Shown here piece by piece: positions 33,015-34,660 of a stretch of DNA of 34,660 nt. Source of the DNA: Macrostomum lignano (Eukaryota); the NCBI GenBank assembly GCA_002269645.1, contig NIVC01003822.1, positions 1-34,660 of the forward strand, read 5' to 3'. The notes under the pieces are model-generated. The model was not told the DNA's origin. It saw nothing but the letters and a program-made list of their open reading frames with translations, and did not search any database. Positions within the stretch are counted from its first letter, which is position 1. Every line of letters starts with the position of its first letter. The translations under genes and the position numbers were made by a program.

Positions 33015-34660
33015 TTCGATGCAGGTTTTGTCAGGACACTGCTTCAAAAAAAACTGGCTGGCTTGGGTGGACGGAGAAGTGTCGTGCGAGCGTTTTAAAG
33101 GTTTAATAAATTCAACTCTTCTTAAGAATTTAAAAGCCCGCCGTTGTAGTCAATGGTTTCGTTGGTTGCTATTCGGTACAAGAATATGCGTTGCTACATA
33201 AAGTAGTTCTAATCGAAATATCAAAAAGTTTAGCTACACTTTATAGCTTTTATCCACAAATTTTGCATTTTTATATTACATAGTAAGGTGAACTGTTGTC
33301 TTAGCACTTTTACGCTTTAAAAATGTATACATTTTTATTTTAATGCACCCAATTAAAACGGTAATTATTCCGGAAGTCTTATAATCAATGAAAAATGCAA
33401 AAGCAAGGGATCTCCTCATGGCAAAATTTAGAATAGAACAGCATGCTGCTTTTTGTACTTTTAGTAGTGCACCTAATTCTTCCTAAATGAAGTAGGCTTA
33501 GAATTACAAACTTGGATGTTGACTTTAACCGCTTTAAAAGTTTTAAAGATTTCAAAAAGGAGTACAAAAGCTGTACATAGGACGACACTCATAGTGTCAG
33601 AAAGACTTATGTAGGCTACAGTGTATTTCTCTCCTGAAAGTACAGTATATGTATTGGCGACGTCTATAGCTTTTAATTGTCTCTTAACAGTTATAGTTCT
33701 ATTACTGTTCGTCCTTGGTTTTTTTCCCCAAATCGCGGCTAATTTTAAATACCAAATAGAACTACTTACAGATTTCTGTACATGTACTTTCCATGCACAC
33801 ATACTTTTGTCAATATTAAAGTTCAAAGAATATTAAACATAGAATTTTTAAATTACAAGACAAATTACATGTACATGTAGCCTGAAAACGCAACTCTTAG
33901 AATTAGAGTTCGCTGATCGATCTCTGGCATGCACATGTACCTGCATGCAATATTTTTGTGTTTTTGTTGTTTCCAGATCAAGAGCTAGCGTTGTCACGGG
34001 GTGCAGTGAGGGCATGTCCACCAAGTTAAAGCTGTGGGGGGGGGGGGCACGCAAATGCAGCCCCCCTACTTTGTGACAGTCTCAAGGTTTTAACAGCTTA
34101 ATGACCAAAAACATTTAAAACCTTGTACAGATTTGGAATCCTGAATTTTTCTCAGGTCATCCAACAAAGGACTGCCTACGGTGCTGAAATGAGAGTCTGC
34201 GGCGTTTATAGCGATTGAGCCGGCGGCGCCAAAATGAGTATTAGATGCTGTTATCTCATGGTCGCTTGTGGCACCAAATTAGTACATGTACATATACTTA
34301 ACAATTCACTGGTTATTGTGTCCCCGCCATAAAACATTTAAATGGATCACATGTAAACAGCGCACCTGTTCCACATTCGAGCATGAATTGAGATTTTGTT
34401 TCGAGTTTTAGATCGAAAAAGATATCGAAAAGGGGGAGAAAAGAGCTAAAATTGCTACTGCCATTCCTTGGATGTTGCGTACACAAATGTCGATTGCTAA
34501 TGGACGTCACACAGGGGAGAAATGTAATAACATTTACATGTTAAGAGAAAAGCGAAGATTTCGTGTGCAGAATTTACATATATGTACTGCTGGTTTAAAA
34601 AATCTGAAACTTTGAGAGAAGTCTTAGGCCTAAAAAAAGTAACACAAGAGTTGTGTGTAT

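Noticed and set aside
33990-34310. Possible non-autonomous DNA transposon (G-run followed by CCCCC)
   Set aside because: No matching terminal inverted repeat or TSD found.

Overview
Eukaryotic (animal) genomic DNA with GT-AG introns, the standard code, CpG-rich polyQ-encoding exons and very dense mini/microsatellites. The style is suggestive of a free-living flatworm such as Macrostomum, but this is not verifiable here. Two convergent genes can be supported. (1) A + strand RasGAP of the SynGAP/DAB2IP/RASAL2 (raskol/gap-2) family with PH-C2-GAP-coiled-coil architecture. It has nine phase-compatible coding exons from 13271 to 27611 (3969 nt, about 1322 aa); exon 1 is the least certain. (2) A - strand CFAP20/BUG22 gene with four exons from 33014 to 31606 and a single-base frameshift at about 31921. 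About 16 different tandem arrays fill the 5' 13 kb, six of the eight RasGAP introns and the 3' flank. The long ORFs in the ORF track over these arrays are artefacts. No prokaryotic, CRISPR, rRNA/tRNA or autonomous transposon features were found. I found no proof of a new system. The best leads are intronic minisatellites whose units are textbook regulatory or splice motifs (DR2 nuclear-receptor element, AP-1, kappaB-like, in-frame 5' splice sites), a candidate internal first exon, a 24-bp perfect palindrome and the CFAP20 frameshift. All coordinates and counts were made by eye.
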